NCBI GenBank assembly: GCA_963666905.2
Contig: OY763008.1
Span: 4,135,469 to 4,199,468, forward strand
Reading direction: 5' to 3'
Source of the DNA: Alphaproteobacteria bacterium
GTDB lineage: Bacteria; Pseudomonadota; Alphaproteobacteria; SP197
Length of the DNA stretch: 64,000 nt
The translations under genes were made by a program, and so were the position numbers. Shown here piece after piece: positions 28,250 to 38,622 of the stretch. Position 1 is the first letter of the stretch, and each line of letters begins with the position of its first letter. A model generated the notes under the pieces. It did no database searches. It saw nothing but the letters and a program-made list of their open reading frames with translations, and was not told where the DNA came from.

Positions 28250-30019
28250 TCAGCGGCGGCCGAACAGGCGCTCGATGTCGGCGAGCTTGAGTTCCACCCA
28301 GGTCGGCCGGCCATGGTTGCACTGGCCGGAATTGGGCGTCGCCTCCATGTCGCGCAGCAGGGCGTTCATCTCGGCCGCGTTGAGCCGCCGGCCCGCGCGC
28401 ACGCTGCCGTGGCAGGCCATGGTGCTGCAGACATGCTCGATCCGCTCGGCGAGCGCCAGGGCACCGTCGTGCTCGGCGAGCTCGTCGGCAAGATCGCGGA
28501 TGAGGCCCTGGACGTCCGTGTCGCCCAGGATGGCGGGCGTTTCCCGCACCACGACGGCGCCGGGACCGAACTTCTCGAAGACGAGACCCATTCTCGTGAA
28601 CTCGTCCCGCCGCGCCGCCAGTCGCTCGGCAGCGGCCTCGTCGAGTTCCACCACCTCGGGCAGCAGGAGAACCTGGCGTCCCACGGCCTCCTTCGCCATT
28701 GCGGCCTTCATGCGCTCGAGAACGAGGCGCTCGTGCGCGGCGTGCTGATCGACGATGACGATGCCGTCTCCGGTCTGGGCGATCACATAGGTGTCGTGGA
28801 GCTGGCCCCGCGCCGCGCCGAGCGGATAGTCCGTCGTCTCCGTTCCGGCCTGCCTGTCCGCTTCGTCGATGTCGATGAACGGAGCCGACGGCGCCAGGCC
28901 GCCGCGCCGTTCCGGTCCGGCTGAGCGCCGCGGCGTGAAGAGGGTCCCGGGCAGCGGCGCGGCGGCGGGCCGCAGGCTCTCCAGCGCCTCCCTCGAGACG
29001 GTCGTGGAGGTCCTTTGGCCGTGGTTCTCGATGGCGCGGTGGATGGCGCTCACCACGAGGTTGCGGACCTGCTGGCTGTCCCGGAACCGCACCTCCGCCT
29101 TGGCGGGGTGGACGTTGACGTCCACCGTCGAGGCGGGGAGATCGAGGAAGAGCGCCACCATGGGATGGCGGTTGGGCGCGAGGACGCCCTGGTAGGCCCC
29201 CCTGACCGCGCCCAGAAGCAGGCGGTCGCGAACAGGCCGGCCGTTGACGAAGAGGAACTGCCCCAGGGTGTTCGCCCTGTTGAAGGTCGGCAGGGCGGCG
29301 AATCCGGCGATGCGGAGACCGTCGCGCCCGGCCTCGACGGGAACGGCGTTCTCCTGGAAGTCCTTGCCGAGGAGGGCGCCGAGACGGGCGAGGCGGGCGT
29401 CCGGGCCGCCACCGTCTTCGGCGCGGCAGGCGAAGCTGGTCCTGGCGTTGAACTTCAGGGTCACGGCGACCGCATGGCGGGACATGGCGAGGCGCCTGAC
29501 GACATCGGCGACAGCGGCGTTCTCGGCGCGCTCGGACTTGAGGAACTTCAGGCGCGCCGGTGTCGCGAAGAAGAGATCCCGGACCTCGACCGTGGTGCCC
29601 GGATTGCGGGCGGCCGGTCCGACGGCGCCGATCCGGCCCGCCTCGACCGGGACCGCCAGGGCGCCGTCGCTTCCCCGCTGCCGCGTGGTGATGGCGAGGC
29701 GCGCGACGGCGCCGATCGACGGCAGGGCCTCTCCGCGGAATCCCAGGGTGGCGATGTCGGTGAGGTCGTCGCCCGGAAGCTTGGACGTCGCGTGGCGTTC
29801 GACGGCGAGCGCGAGGTCGCCGGCGTCCATCCCGGTGCCGTCGTCCGACACGGCGATCCGCCGCCGGCCGCCGCCGTCGACCTCGACGCCGATCGTCGCG
29901 GCGCCCGCGTCGATGGCGTTCTCGACCAGTTCCTTGACGACCGACGCCGGCCGCTCGATCACCTCGCCGGCGGCGATGCGGTTGACGGTCGTCTCGCCGA
30001 GACGCCGGATCACGCTCAT
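28250..30019 (-). CDS. mutL: DNA mismatch repair endonuclease MutL
   Basis: [29 protein letters not shown]. Confidence 0.97.
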   Translation of the reverse strand: MSVIRRLGETTVNRIAAGEVIERPASVVKELVENAIDAGAATIGVEVDGGGRRRIAVSDDGTGMDAGDLALAVERHATSKLPGDDLTDIATLGFRGEALPSIGAVARLAITTRQRGSDGALAVPVEAGRIGAVGPAARNPGTTVEVRDLFFATPARLKFLKSERAENAAVADVVRRLAMSRHAVAVTLKFNARTSFACRAEDGGGPDARLARLGALLGKDFQENAVPVEAGRDGLRIAGFAALPTFNRANTLGQFLFVNGRPVRDRLLLGAVRGAYQGVLAPNRHPMVALFLDLPASTVDVNVHPAKAEVRFRDSQQVRNLVVSAIHRAIENHGQRTSTTVSREALESLRPAAAPLPGTLFTPRRSAGPERRGGLAPSAPFIDIDEADRQAGTETTDYPLGAARGQLHDTYVIAQTGDGIVIVDQHAAHERLVLERMKAAMAKEAVGRQVLLLPEVVELDEAAAERLAARRDEFTRMGLVFEKFGPGAVVVRETPAILGDTDVQGLIRDLADELAEHDGALALAERIEHVCSTMACHGSVRAGRRLNAAEMNALLRDMEATPNSGQCNHGRPTWVELKLADIERLFGRR

Positions 30020-30239
30020 CGACGCTGCTCCCCAGGGTCGTCCACGGCCGGCCGGCCGAACGGGTCCGTGCCGGCCGGATGTGCCACGAAGCCGGTCCCG
30101 ATCATGAAACGAGCGGGAAAGTCGCCCATCCTGTCCTCGTCAACACGCGGAACGCCAATCTGCCGGAGCGCGACGCCGACGGCAACCGGCGTGGCCGGGG
30201 GCCGCCTGTGGGAGCATCGGGATCCTGGAGGGGCCGGGA

Positions 30240-30692
30240 CTAGAACCAGTCCCAGAAGCCCTCGTCCTCGTCGGCGGTGTCCACGACGGGCTCGACCTCG
30301 GGAGGCACGGCGGGGTGGTTCCCGAAGAGAAGGGAGCGCACCAGTTCGGGGTTCCCGGAAAGCACGGCGTTCTCGCGGGCGAGCGTGTCGCGGATCCCGG
30401 ATTCCGCGGCGTCCGCGCCGGCATGCAGGAGAAGGCTCGTCTCCGCCGACGTCGTGTCGAGGAGCGAAAGATCGGTGCCTGCCCCCTCGCCGCCGCCGGC
30501 CGCCGGGGGGTGTCCGGCTTCGCTGCCGGGACGCAGGGAAAACGACGGCGGCACGATGAGCGGACTCGACATCGCCACGGTCGACTCGGTGACGGCGCGT
30601 TCGACGCGCCCGGCGAGCGTCTCCTCGGTGTCGCAGCCGGCCAGGCAGAGCGATCCCGCAAGCAGCACCAGGGCAGGGGCTCGAATCCGCAT
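30240..30692 (-). CDS. Lipoprotein, divergent DUF3035-like paralog
   Basis: LAGC lipobox; PLIVPPSFSLRP, SAETSLL..AG. Confidence 0.65.
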   Translation of the reverse strand: MRIRAPALVLLAGSLCLAGCDTEETLAGRVERAVTESTVAMSSPLIVPPSFSLRPGSEAGHPPAAGGGEGAGTDLSLLDTTSAETSLLLHAGADAAESGIRDTLARENAVLSGNPELVRSLLFGNHPAVPPEVEPVVDTADEDEGFWDWF

Positions 30693-30695
30693 GGT

Positions 30696-31244
30696 TCAGA
30701 GGAGCCCCTCGAGGAGGGCCTTCTCCTCCGGTTCGAGCACGGAGTCGATGAACTCGCCGGAATCGATCGGCAACCCCAGGGCGGCGATCCCCTGGAGACG
30801 CCGGGTTTCCTTTTCCGGATCGACCAGCACCTCGGTCGGGTCACCCAGGTCGCGGAAGATGTTGACGCTCTCGATCCACGGAACGTTGTCGAGCAGGGTC
30901 CGGCGCTCGGCATCGACGAGGGCGCGAATGCCGGGTTCGGCGGGACCGGCCATGTCCAGGAGCAGGGATTCCGAGGCGCTGGCATCCACCGGCCCGAGCG
31001 CGGCGCCGAGAAGCTCCTCCTCGGCGCTTGCCTGGGGCAGGACCTCCTGGGGCCTCGGCGTTCCGGGTTCGGGAGGCGGCAGGGAATCGAGGGAATCGGG
31101 CACCACCAGGGGCTCGTGGGACACCACGCGGAACTCGTCGGGCGCGTTGTGGATGAGCCCGAGGGATTCGCGCAGGTTCCCGCAGGCGCCGAGGACAAGG
31201 GCGCCCGCGATGGCGGCGGCGATGGCGAGAGGATGCCGGATCAT
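30696..31244 (-). CDS. DUF3035 family lipoprotein
   Basis: LGAC lipobox; APDEFRVV..PLVVP..LPPPEPG.PRPQ. Confidence 0.8.
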   Translation of the reverse strand: MIRHPLAIAAAIAGALVLGACGNLRESLGLIHNAPDEFRVVSHEPLVVPDSLDSLPPPEPGTPRPQEVLPQASAEEELLGAALGPVDASASESLLLDMAGPAEPGIRALVDAERRTLLDNVPWIESVNIFRDLGDPTEVLVDPEKETRRLQGIAALGLPIDSGEFIDSVLEPEEKALLEGLL

Positions 31245-31253
31245 GGTGTCATC

Positions 31254-31736
31254 TTAGCGTCCGCGCCTGCCACTCAACAAGGCGTGGACCAGGAGCAAGG
31301 CGATGCCCGCGGTGATCGCCGAATCGGCGACATTGAAGGCGGGCCAGCTCCAGCGGCCTGCGTGAAGATCGATGAAGTCCGCGACCGCGCCGTACATGAT
31401 CCGGTCGACGCCGTTGCCCACCGCACCTCCGGCGACGAGACCCGCGGCGGCGGCCTGCCAGGGGTTTGCAACACGCGCGGCCCAGACGACGAGGCCCGCG
31501 GCCACGGCGAAGGCAAGGCCGGTGAACGCCCAGCGTACGGTCTCGTCGCCGCCCGACAGCATCCCGAAGCTGACGCCCCGGTTCCACACCATCACGACAG
31601 AGAGGTTGGCAGTGACGTCGAGCGGCTCGAAGCCGCGGCCGGCCATCAGCGCGATGACGAGGGTCTTCGAGACCTGGTCGGCTGCAAGGATCAGGACGGC
31701 GATCGCAAGGGCGAGCGTCAGTCCTCTGCCGGGCAT
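31254..31736 (-). CDS. lspA: Lipoprotein signal peptidase II
   Basis: DQVSK, WNRGVSFG, GNGVDR, V.DFI, FNVADS. Confidence 0.95.
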   Translation of the reverse strand: MPGRGLTLALAIAVLILAADQVSKTLVIALMAGRGFEPLDVTANLSVVMVWNRGVSFGMLSGGDETVRWAFTGLAFAVAAGLVVWAARVANPWQAAAAGLVAGGAVGNGVDRIMYGAVADFIDLHAGRWSWPAFNVADSAITAGIALLLVHALLSGRRGR

Positions 31737-31738
31737 GC

Positions 31739-34549
31739 TCAACCCGGCACGCGCAGCGCCACGGCGTCACAGCACCGCCGGCAGAGGTCGCCGGCGCTCT
31801 GCGCGACCTCGTCGAGGACCCTCCAGCAGCGCTCGCAGCGCTCGCCCGAGGCAGGACCGACCTCGACCGAGATGTCCTCGACATCCTCGAGCCGGAAGGC
31901 GTCGCCGGGACCCCGGCCCTCTCTGAGCGTCACCTGCGAGGCGATGGCGATCTCAGCCATGTCGAGGCCTTCGAGGGCGGCGAGTTCGCCGGCCGGGGCG
32001 TGAACCACGGGGTGCGCCTGGAGACCCGAGCCGATGCGCTTGTCCCGCCGCTCGATCTCGAGGGCGCCGGTGATCACGCGGCGCACCCGGCGGACCCTCT
32101 CCCAGCGCGCGGCCAGGGCATCGTCACGCCAGGCGTCCGGGATCTGCGGAAGAAGGCGCCGGTGGACGCTCGCATCGTCCCCCGGAAACCTGAGAAGCCA
32201 CGCCTCCTCGGCCGTGAAGCACAGGATCGGGGCAAGCCACGCCGCAAGGCACGAGAACAGGACGTCGAGGACCGTGCGGCAGGCGCGCCGGCGCACCGAC
32301 TCCAGGGGATCGCAGTAGAGCACGTCCTTGCGGATGTCGAAGTAGAAGGCCGAGAGGTCCGTGGCGCAGAAACCGTGGAGCTCCACGAACATGGTGTGGA
32401 AGTCGAAGTCGTCGCACGCCTTGCGGACAAGGCCGTCGATCTCGTGGAGCCGGTGCAGGATCCAGCGCTCGAGTTCCGGCATCGCGGCGGCCTCGAGGCG
32501 TTCGTCCTCCCCGAAGCCGTTGAGGTTGCCGAGCAGGAAGCGGAAGGTGTTCCTCAGGCGCCGGTAACTGGTGGCCTGGTAGTCGAGAATCTCCCTGGAG
32601 ATGCGCAGATCCTCGCTGTAGTCCGCCGAGACCACCCAGATCCGCAGGATGTCGGCACCGTAGCGGTCGATGACCTCCTGGGGCGAGATGACGTTGCCCA
32701 GCGACTTCGACATCTTGCGCCCGTCGCCGTCGACGACGAACCCGTGGGTGAGCACGGCGTCGTAGGGCGCGCGGTTGCGCGTGCCCGCGGATTCCAGCAG
32801 AGACGAGTGGAACCAGCCGCGATGCTGATCCGATCCCTCGAGATAGAGCGAGGCCGGCCACCGCAGGTCGTCCCGCGCCTCGAGGACGAAGCTGTGCGTC
32901 GAGCCGGAATCGAACCACACGTCGAGAATGTCCGTGACCTGCTCGTAGTCCCCGGCGGCGCGGCCGTCGCCGAGAAACTCCTGCGGATCGCGGGTGAACC
33001 AGGCATCCGCTCCCTGCGCCTCCACCGCCGCGGCGACCCGGTCGATGACCGCCTGGTCGCGCAGCACCTCGCCGGTCCCGCGGTGGACGAACACCGAGAT
33101 CGGCACGCCCCAGGCACGCTGCCGCGAGAGAACCCAGTCGGGGCGCGTCTCGATCATCCCGCGGATGCGCTCGCGCCCCGACGGCGGCACCCAGCGCGTG
33201 GCGTCGATCGCCTCGAGCGCCCTGGCGCGCAGTCCTCCCGATTCCATGGACACGAACCACTGCGCCGTGTTGCGGAAGATCAGCGGCGCCTTCGAGCGCC
33301 AGGAATGCGGATAGCTGTGCCTGAGGCGCCCGGCTCCGAGGAGGCAGCCGGAGTCCGAGAGTTCCGCGATCACCCGGGCGTTGGCGTCGCCTTCGGCGCC
33401 GTCATCGTCGAGCACCCTGGCGCCGGCAAACAGGGGAACATCCTGGAAGTAGGCACCGTCCTCGCCCACGGTCTGGGGAACCTCGATGCCGTTGGCCATG
33501 CCCAGCGCCCAGTCGTCGGCGCCGTGGCCCGGGGCAATGTGCACGAACCCGGTTCCCTGGTCCGTGGTGACGTGCCGGCCCGCGAGCAACGGCACGTCGA
33601 AGTCGTAGCCCCGGCCCCTGAACGGGTGGCGGCACACGGTCCCGGCGAGGTCCGCACCGGCGATGCGGCCGATCTCCCTGCAGTCGGCGACCGAACAGCG
33701 TTCCATGGTCTCGTCGGCAAGCTCGGCCAGGACGGCCACCTTCCGTGCGCCTCGCGCGTGCCCGATCTCGAGGATGCGGTAGTCGAGCGTTTCGCCATAG
33801 GCGATCGCGCGGTTGCCGGGCAGCGTCCAGGGCGTGGTCGTCCAGATGACGATCGAGACGTCCTCCAGGTCCGCCAGCGGCGAGCGGACGACGGGAAAGG
33901 CCACGTCGACCGTGGGCGAGACGTGATCGTGGTACTCGACCTCCGCCTCGGCGAGCGCCGTCCTCTCGACGCAGGACCACATGACCGGCTTGGAGCCCCG
34001 GTAGAGCTGGCCGGACATGACGAACTTGCCGAGTTCGCGGACGATCTGCGCCTCGGCGGCATGGCTCATCGTCGTGTAGGGATCGTCCCAGTTGCCGGTC
34101 ACGCCCAGGCGCTTGAACTCGACGCGCTGGATGTCGATCCACTTCTGCGCGAATTCCCTGCACTCGCGCCGGAACTCGACGACGTCGACCGCGTCCTTGT
34201 CCCTGCCGGCGGCGCGGTACTGCTCCTCGATCTTCCACTCGATCGGCAGGCCGTGGCAGTCCCACCCGGGAACGTAGTTGGCGTCCCGTCCCAGCATCTG
34301 CTGCGAACGGTTGATGACGTCCTTGAGGATCTTGTTGAGCGCGTGGCCGATGTGCAGGTGGCCGTTGGCGTAGGGCGGACCGTCGTGGAGGATGAAAGGC
34401 TCGCGGCCGCGCGCATCCCGGCGCAGCAGGTCGAAGAGCCCGATCGCCTCCCAGCGGGAGAGGATCTCCGGTTCGCGCTTCGGAAGGCCGGCGCGCATGG
34501 GAAAGGACGTTTGCGGCAGGAAGAGCGTCTGCCTGTAGTCGGCGGTCAT
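31739..34549 (-). CDS. ileS: Isoleucine-tRNA ligase
   Basis: GPPYANG.LHIGH, WTTTPWT, KMSKS, C-terminal CxxC Zn finger. Confidence 0.98.
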   Translation of the reverse strand: MTADYRQTLFLPQTSFPMRAGLPKREPEILSRWEAIGLFDLLRRDARGREPFILHDGPPYANGHLHIGHALNKILKDVINRSQQMLGRDANYVPGWDCHGLPIEWKIEEQYRAAGRDKDAVDVVEFRRECREFAQKWIDIQRVEFKRLGVTGNWDDPYTTMSHAAEAQIVRELGKFVMSGQLYRGSKPVMWSCVERTALAEAEVEYHDHVSPTVDVAFPVVRSPLADLEDVSIVIWTTTPWTLPGNRAIAYGETLDYRILEIGHARGARKVAVLAELADETMERCSVADCREIGRIAGADLAGTVCRHPFRGRGYDFDVPLLAGRHVTTDQGTGFVHIAPGHGADDWALGMANGIEVPQTVGEDGAYFQDVPLFAGARVLDDDGAEGDANARVIAELSDSGCLLGAGRLRHSYPHSWRSKAPLIFRNTAQWFVSMESGGLRARALEAIDATRWVPPSGRERIRGMIETRPDWVLSRQRAWGVPISVFVHRGTGEVLRDQAVIDRVAAAVEAQGADAWFTRDPQEFLGDGRAAGDYEQVTDILDVWFDSGSTHSFVLEARDDLRWPASLYLEGSDQHRGWFHSSLLESAGTRNRAPYDAVLTHGFVVDGDGRKMSKSLGNVISPQEVIDRYGADILRIWVVSADYSEDLRISREILDYQATSYRRLRNTFRFLLGNLNGFGEDERLEAAAMPELERWILHRLHEIDGLVRKACDDFDFHTMFVELHGFCATDLSAFYFDIRKDVLYCDPLESVRRRACRTVLDVLFSCLAAWLAPILCFTAEEAWLLRFPGDDASVHRRLLPQIPDAWRDDALAARWERVRRVRRVITGALEIERRDKRIGSGLQAHPVVHAPAGELAALEGLDMAEIAIASQVTLREGRGPGDAFRLEDVEDISVEVGPASGERCERCWRVLDEVAQSAGDLCRRCCDAVALRVPG

Positions 34550-34681
34550 TCTGGCGCTATCCGTCGAAACCCTGTCACGGCGAGGGGTTGTGACGCGTCA
34601 CCCGACCATCGGCAGCGATGTCCCGTGCCCTGCCGCCACGACGCGCTCTCTATCACCGCCGCCGGGGCTTGTCGAGACGGG

Positions 34682-35659
34682 TCAGCCGTCGGGGAGGCCC
34701 GGATGCCGGCTGCTGCGCGACGACAGCCGTCCCAGGATCGTCCGCGCGGTCTCGCAGTCCTCGGCGATCTTGCGGGCGAGTTCGCCGGCGCTGCCGAAGG
34801 TCATGTCCTTGCGCACGCGGGCCGCGAAGGCCACCTTCAGACGCGAGCGGTAGAGATCGCCGGACCAGTCGAACAGATGCACCTCGAGCAGCGTCGTCGT
34901 GCCGTGGAAGGTCGGGCGGGTGCCGATGTAGGCGGCCCCGTCGTGCCACGTGGTGGACCGGCCGTCTCCGAGGCCGACGCGAACGGCATAGATGCCCGCG
35001 GCGGGATGCAGGACTCCGTCGAGCGGCAGGTTGGCCGTGGGGAACCCCATCTCGCGGCCGCGCCGGTCGCCCGGGCGGACGCGCGCCTCGTACTCCCACA
35101 GGCGGCCGAGGAGCCCTGCCGCCCGGTCGACCTGGCCCCGCCGCACGAGGAGCCGGATCTCCGTCGACGAGACACTGCCGCCCGCGAGGCTGAACGGCGC
35201 CACCTCGGTGTACGCGAATCCCTCCCGCTCGGCCATGCGGGCGAGGATGCGGCCGTTGCCCCGGCGGTCCCGGCCAAAGACGAATCCCGGACCGGTCAGG
35301 ACGTGGCGCACACCCAGCCGGCCGACCAGGACATCGACGACGAAGTCCTGCGCCAGGCTCGCCGCCATGACGCGGTCGAACCTGAGGTTGACCATCAGAT
35401 CGATGCCGGTGGCGGCAAGGGCCCGGCACTTCTGCCGGAAGGAAGTGAGGCGGAAGGGCGCCCCGGATCCCTGGAAGAAACTGCGCGGATGGGGCTCGAA
35501 GGTGAGAACCCCGGCCGGCACGCCGGCGTCGCGGGCGAACTCCATGGCGCGGGCTATGACGCTGCCGTGGCCGCGATGCACGCCGTCGAAGTTGCCCAGC
35601 GCGATGACCGGGCCGGACAGTCCGGCGGGAAGGGGCCCCGGCTGGCGAAAGATCCGCAT
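34682..35659 (-). CDS. ribF: Bifunctional riboflavin kinase/FAD synthetase
   Basis: GNFDGVHRGH, SSTEIR, GFPTAN, EVHLFD. Confidence 0.95.
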   Translation of the reverse strand: MRIFRQPGPLPAGLSGPVIALGNFDGVHRGHGSVIARAMEFARDAGVPAGVLTFEPHPRSFFQGSGAPFRLTSFRQKCRALAATGIDLMVNLRFDRVMAASLAQDFVVDVLVGRLGVRHVLTGPGFVFGRDRRGNGRILARMAEREGFAYTEVAPFSLAGGSVSSTEIRLLVRRGQVDRAAGLLGRLWEYEARVRPGDRRGREMGFPTANLPLDGVLHPAAGIYAVRVGLGDGRSTTWHDGAAYIGTRPTFHGTTTLLEVHLFDWSGDLYRSRLKVAFAARVRKDMTFGSAGELARKIAEDCETARTILGRLSSRSSRHPGLPDG

Positions 35660-35693
35660 GCACCCTTGTAGCGCAGTTGCCGGGTGCGGGGTA

Positions 35694-36128
35694 TCAGTCC
35701 TCGGTCTGCGGGACCATGACGAGCGCCTCGCCCCTGATGACCGTGGTGTCGCCCACCGTGCACACGGTGTCGAGGGTGAGCCGGCGCTTTTCCTCGTCGA
35801 TGGCGCGGACGGTCACCTTCGCGCAGACGGTGTCGCCGATCCTCACCGGGGCGCAGAACCTCAGGGTCTGGCCCATGTAGATGGCGCCGGGGCCGGGAAG
35901 CCTGGTGCCGATCACCGCCGAGATGTAGCTCGCCGACAGCATGCCGTGGGTGATGCGGCCCTTGAACCTCGTGGTCGACGCCCAGCCCTCGTCGAAGTGC
36001 ACGGGATTGTCGTCGCCCGTGACGTCCGCGAAACTCTCGATGTCCGCCTCGGTGACCGTGCGCACGTAGCTGTCGGACTGGCCGACGCGGATTTCGGAAA
36101 GGGGTATCGCGGACGGGTGGACGGACAT
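35694..36128 (-). CDS. MaoC-family (R)-specific enoyl-CoA hydratase (PhaJ-like)
   Basis: TGDDNPVH, HGML, LPGPG, FCAPV.IGD. Confidence 0.88.
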   Translation of the reverse strand: MSVHPSAIPLSEIRVGQSDSYVRTVTEADIESFADVTGDDNPVHFDEGWASTTRFKGRITHGMLSASYISAVIGTRLPGPGAIYMGQTLRFCAPVRIGDTVCAKVTVRAIDEEKRRLTLDTVCTVGDTTVIRGEALVMVPQTED

Positions 36129-36221
36129 CGGCGGCGAGCTCCGCTAGGCGAATTGTGCGACGCACAATAGTGGCTGCGGAAGGCCGTGCAACCCTCGAAT
36201 TCGACGGGTGTGGTGCGGCGC

Positions 36222-37235
36222 TCAGCGCCGCCGGCGCGGCCGGCGGCGGCCCGCCGCGCCGGCGATCCGGGAAAGGCCGAGCGCCGCGTCGATGTCGGAG
36301 AGGTCCGGCCGCCGGCCGGGCCTGTGCTCCCTCGCCGCCGCGGCGAGGGCCGCGATATGGCCGGGCGTCGACCCGCAACAGCCGCCGACGATGACGGCGC
36401 CCGCGTCCCGGGCCAGCCGGGCATAGACCTTCATGGCCTCGGGCGTGCCCGAGTAGCGGATCTCGCCGTCGATGTACTCGGGAATGCCGCAATTGGCCTT
36501 GGCGACGAGGACGTGGCGTCCCTGCGCGACCGTGTCCATGGCGGCAACGGCGGCGACGAGTTCGCCGAAGCCGTTGCCGCAGTTGGCGCCGAACGCCGCC
36601 AGCGGCTCTTCGCAGGAGTCGCAGAATCCGACCGCGTCCTCCGGCGTCACCCCCATCATCGTGCGGCCGTTGGTGTCGAAGGTCATGGTGCAGACCACCG
36701 GCAGTCCGCTCGATGACGCCCCCTCGACGGCGGCGGCCGCCTCCTCGATGGCCGACATCGTCTCGACCCAGATGACGTCGGCGCCTCCTTGGGCGAGCGC
36801 CTGTGCCTGTTCGCGGAAGGCGTCGACGGCGTCCTCGCGGCCGAGGTCCCCGACCGGCCGCATGATCTCGCCTGTCGGTCCCATCGTGCCGGCGACGAGC
36901 AGCGGCCGCCCGCAGCGGTCGGCGACGCCCCTCGCCAGGGCGGCGGCGGCGCGGTTGAGCTCGCCGACGCGGTGTGCCGCGCCGTGCAGCTTCAGCCGCA
37001 TGGCGTTGCCGCCGAAGCTGTTGGTGAGGATGATGTCGGCGCCGGCGGCCGCCATCGCCTCGTGGTTGGCGGTCACGGTATGCGGCCTGTCGACATTCCA
37101 CAGTTCCGGCGAGTCTCCGGAACCGAGTCCCGCCTCGAAAAGGTTCGTGCCCGTGGCGCCGTCGGCGACCAGCACGTCCCGTGTTTCCAGGAGGTGGCCG
37201 AAGCGGTCGGCGGGCGGCAGGTCAAGGTAGTCCAC
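36222..37235 (-). CDS. Homocysteine S-methyltransferase domain protein (split MetH / betaine-homocysteine methyltransferase-like)
   Basis: DGATGT, TNSFG, ETMS, GANCG, GGCCG. Confidence 0.88.
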   Translation of the reverse strand: MDYLDLPPADRFGHLLETRDVLVADGATGTNLFEAGLGSGDSPELWNVDRPHTVTANHEAMAAAGADIILTNSFGGNAMRLKLHGAAHRVGELNRAAAALARGVADRCGRPLLVAGTMGPTGEIMRPVGDLGREDAVDAFREQAQALAQGGADVIWVETMSAIEEAAAAVEGASSSGLPVVCTMTFDTNGRTMMGVTPEDAVGFCDSCEEPLAAFGANCGNGFGELVAAVAAMDTVAQGRHVLVAKANCGIPEYIDGEIRYSGTPEAMKVYARLARDAGAVIVGGCCGSTPGHIAALAAAAREHRPGRRPDLSDIDAALGLSRIAGAAGRRRPRRRR

Positions 37236-37323
37236 GGCGATGCTTGCCCGGCAGGAGCGGGCGGCGAAGCGGTATCCTGTGTCGCACGGGACCGCCGCGG
37301 CATGCAAGACCCCCCGGAATCGA

Positions 37324-37361
37324 AGGCGGCGGAACCCCCGGTTCGCGGGAGTTCCGCCGCC
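37324..37361 (-). terminator. Strong GC hairpin downstream of the small ORF
   Basis: GGCGGCGGAAC...GTTCCGCCGCC 11-bp inverted repeat; no long U tract. Confidence 0.45.
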
Positions 37362-37388
37362 CGGCGCGGCCTGTTGCGGGGGCGCCGG

Positions 37389-37493
37389 TCACAGGGCCCA
37401 GGGGATCAGCGGCTTGAGGGCGTTGATCTGCCGGGTGAAGGGGGCGACGGCGTCGCGCCTCCCGATCCTGCGGATGTTCCTCTTGAACAGCAT
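37389..37493 (-). CDS. Small basic peptide (34 aa), below the ORF-track cutoff
   Basis: AGGAGA RBS 6 nt before ATG; MLFKRNIRRIGRRDAVAPFTRQINALKPLIPWAL; nearly all third codon positions G/C. Confidence 0.6.
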   Translation of the reverse strand: MLFKRNIRRIGRRDAVAPFTRQINALKPLIPWAL

Positions 37494-37569
37494 GGCAATT
37501 CTCCTATTGTCTCGCGTGAGCAACCCGATTTCGGAGGCGGGTGCCCAACGCCTTGGCCACGCTTGAGAA

Positions 37570-37632
37570 ATAGTGATTTCTATGGTATTTCACCAGCGAC
37601 ATATCTTCACTCCTGCCATGAGAGAAATTCAT
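37570..37632. promoter_or_regulatory. LysR-type operator region
   Basis: AT-rich; ATGA-N7-TCAT (37618-37632, T-N11-A) and ATAG-N6-CTAT (37570-37583). Confidence 0.55.
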
Positions 37633-37634
37633 AG

Positions 37635-38549
37635 GTGAAGCAACCCCGGCGCCTTCCGTCGCTCAACGCCCTGCGGGCGTTCGAGGCCGCGGGCCGCCAT
37701 CTCTCGTTCACCCGGGCGGCCGCGGAACTCAATGTCACCCAGGCGGCGATCAGCCACCAGGTGAAGGGGCTCGAGGAGCGCCTCGGGGCCCGGCTCTTCG
37801 AGCGCCACGGCCGCGGCCTGTGGCTGACGCAGACGGGCGAGACGTATCTGCCGTTCCTGCGCCAGGCCTTCGACCTGATCGCCGACGGAACGAACCTTGT
37901 CGCGAGCGGCGAGGAGCACGGGCCGCTGTCGGTCACCATGCTGCCGACATTCGCCGTGAGGTGGTTCATTCCCCGTCTCGGCGACTTTCACCGCGGGAAC
38001 CCGGACATCGAGGTCCACATGGTGACGACCGACCGCATGGTCGACTTCCACCGCGAGGACATCGACTGCGGCATTCGCTACGGCACCGGCTCATGGGCCG
38101 GTCTCGAGGCGGACAAGCTGTTCGAGGACCGCACCATCGTCGTCTGCAGCCCGGCCCTTGCCGATGCCGGGCATCCCCTGGAGAAGCCGGAGGACCTGCG
38201 CCGCCACACGCTGCTCCACGACCAGGACGACGAGGACTGGCGCTACTGGCTGGCCGCCCTTCACGTCGCGGGCGTCGACAGCCGCAGCGGGATCACCTTC
38301 GACAACAGCGATCTCGTCCTCGAGGCCGCCGCCGCCGGGCTCGGCGTCGCGCTGGGAAGCCGCATCATCGTGCAGGACGACATCGACGACGGCCGGCTCG
38401 TCATGCCCTTCGGCGACCTGACCGACGAGAACCTCTCCCACTGGCTGGTCTTTCCCCGGGGCAGCACGAGGAAGCCCAAGGTTCGCGTGTTTCGCGAATG
38501 GCTGCTCGCCGAGGCGGCCAGGGCGCAGGACGCCATCGTCGGGCCCTGA
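37635..38549 (+). CDS. LysR-family regulator, GcvA-like
   Basis: LPSLNALRAFEAAGRHLSFTRAAAELNVTQAAISHQ, IRYG. Confidence 0.92.
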   Translation: MKQPRRLPSLNALRAFEAAGRHLSFTRAAAELNVTQAAISHQVKGLEERLGARLFERHGRGLWLTQTGETYLPFLRQAFDLIADGTNLVASGEEHGPLSVTMLPTFAVRWFIPRLGDFHRGNPDIEVHMVTTDRMVDFHREDIDCGIRYGTGSWAGLEADKLFEDRTIVVCSPALADAGHPLEKPEDLRRHTLLHDQDDEDWRYWLAALHVAGVDSRSGITFDNSDLVLEAAAAGLGVALGSRIIVQDDIDDGRLVMPFGDLTDENLSHWLVFPRGSTRKPKVRVFREWLLAEAARAQDAIVGP

Positions 38550-38622
38550 CGTCCGGCCTTCCCAAACCCGCGCCGGCGAGTATCATGGGGCGGTTGCAGG
38601 CTTGAAGCCCGGGAGTCGTGCC

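Noticed and set aside
34574-34594. Minus-strand GTCACAAC...CGTGAC hairpin upstream of ileS resembling a SAM-SAH riboswitch
   Set aside because: The loop lacks the GGCUUCCUGG core and pseudoknot partner, and the downstream gene is unrelated to SAM.
32000-35671. 1223-aa plus-strand ORF and many other long antisense ORFs
   Set aside because: Shadow frames of ileS, ribF and other genes caused by high GC; no recognisable motifs.
37236-37323. Possible SAM or cobalamin riboswitch upstream of the homocysteine methyltransferase
   Set aside because: No SAM-II or B12-box consensus is visible.
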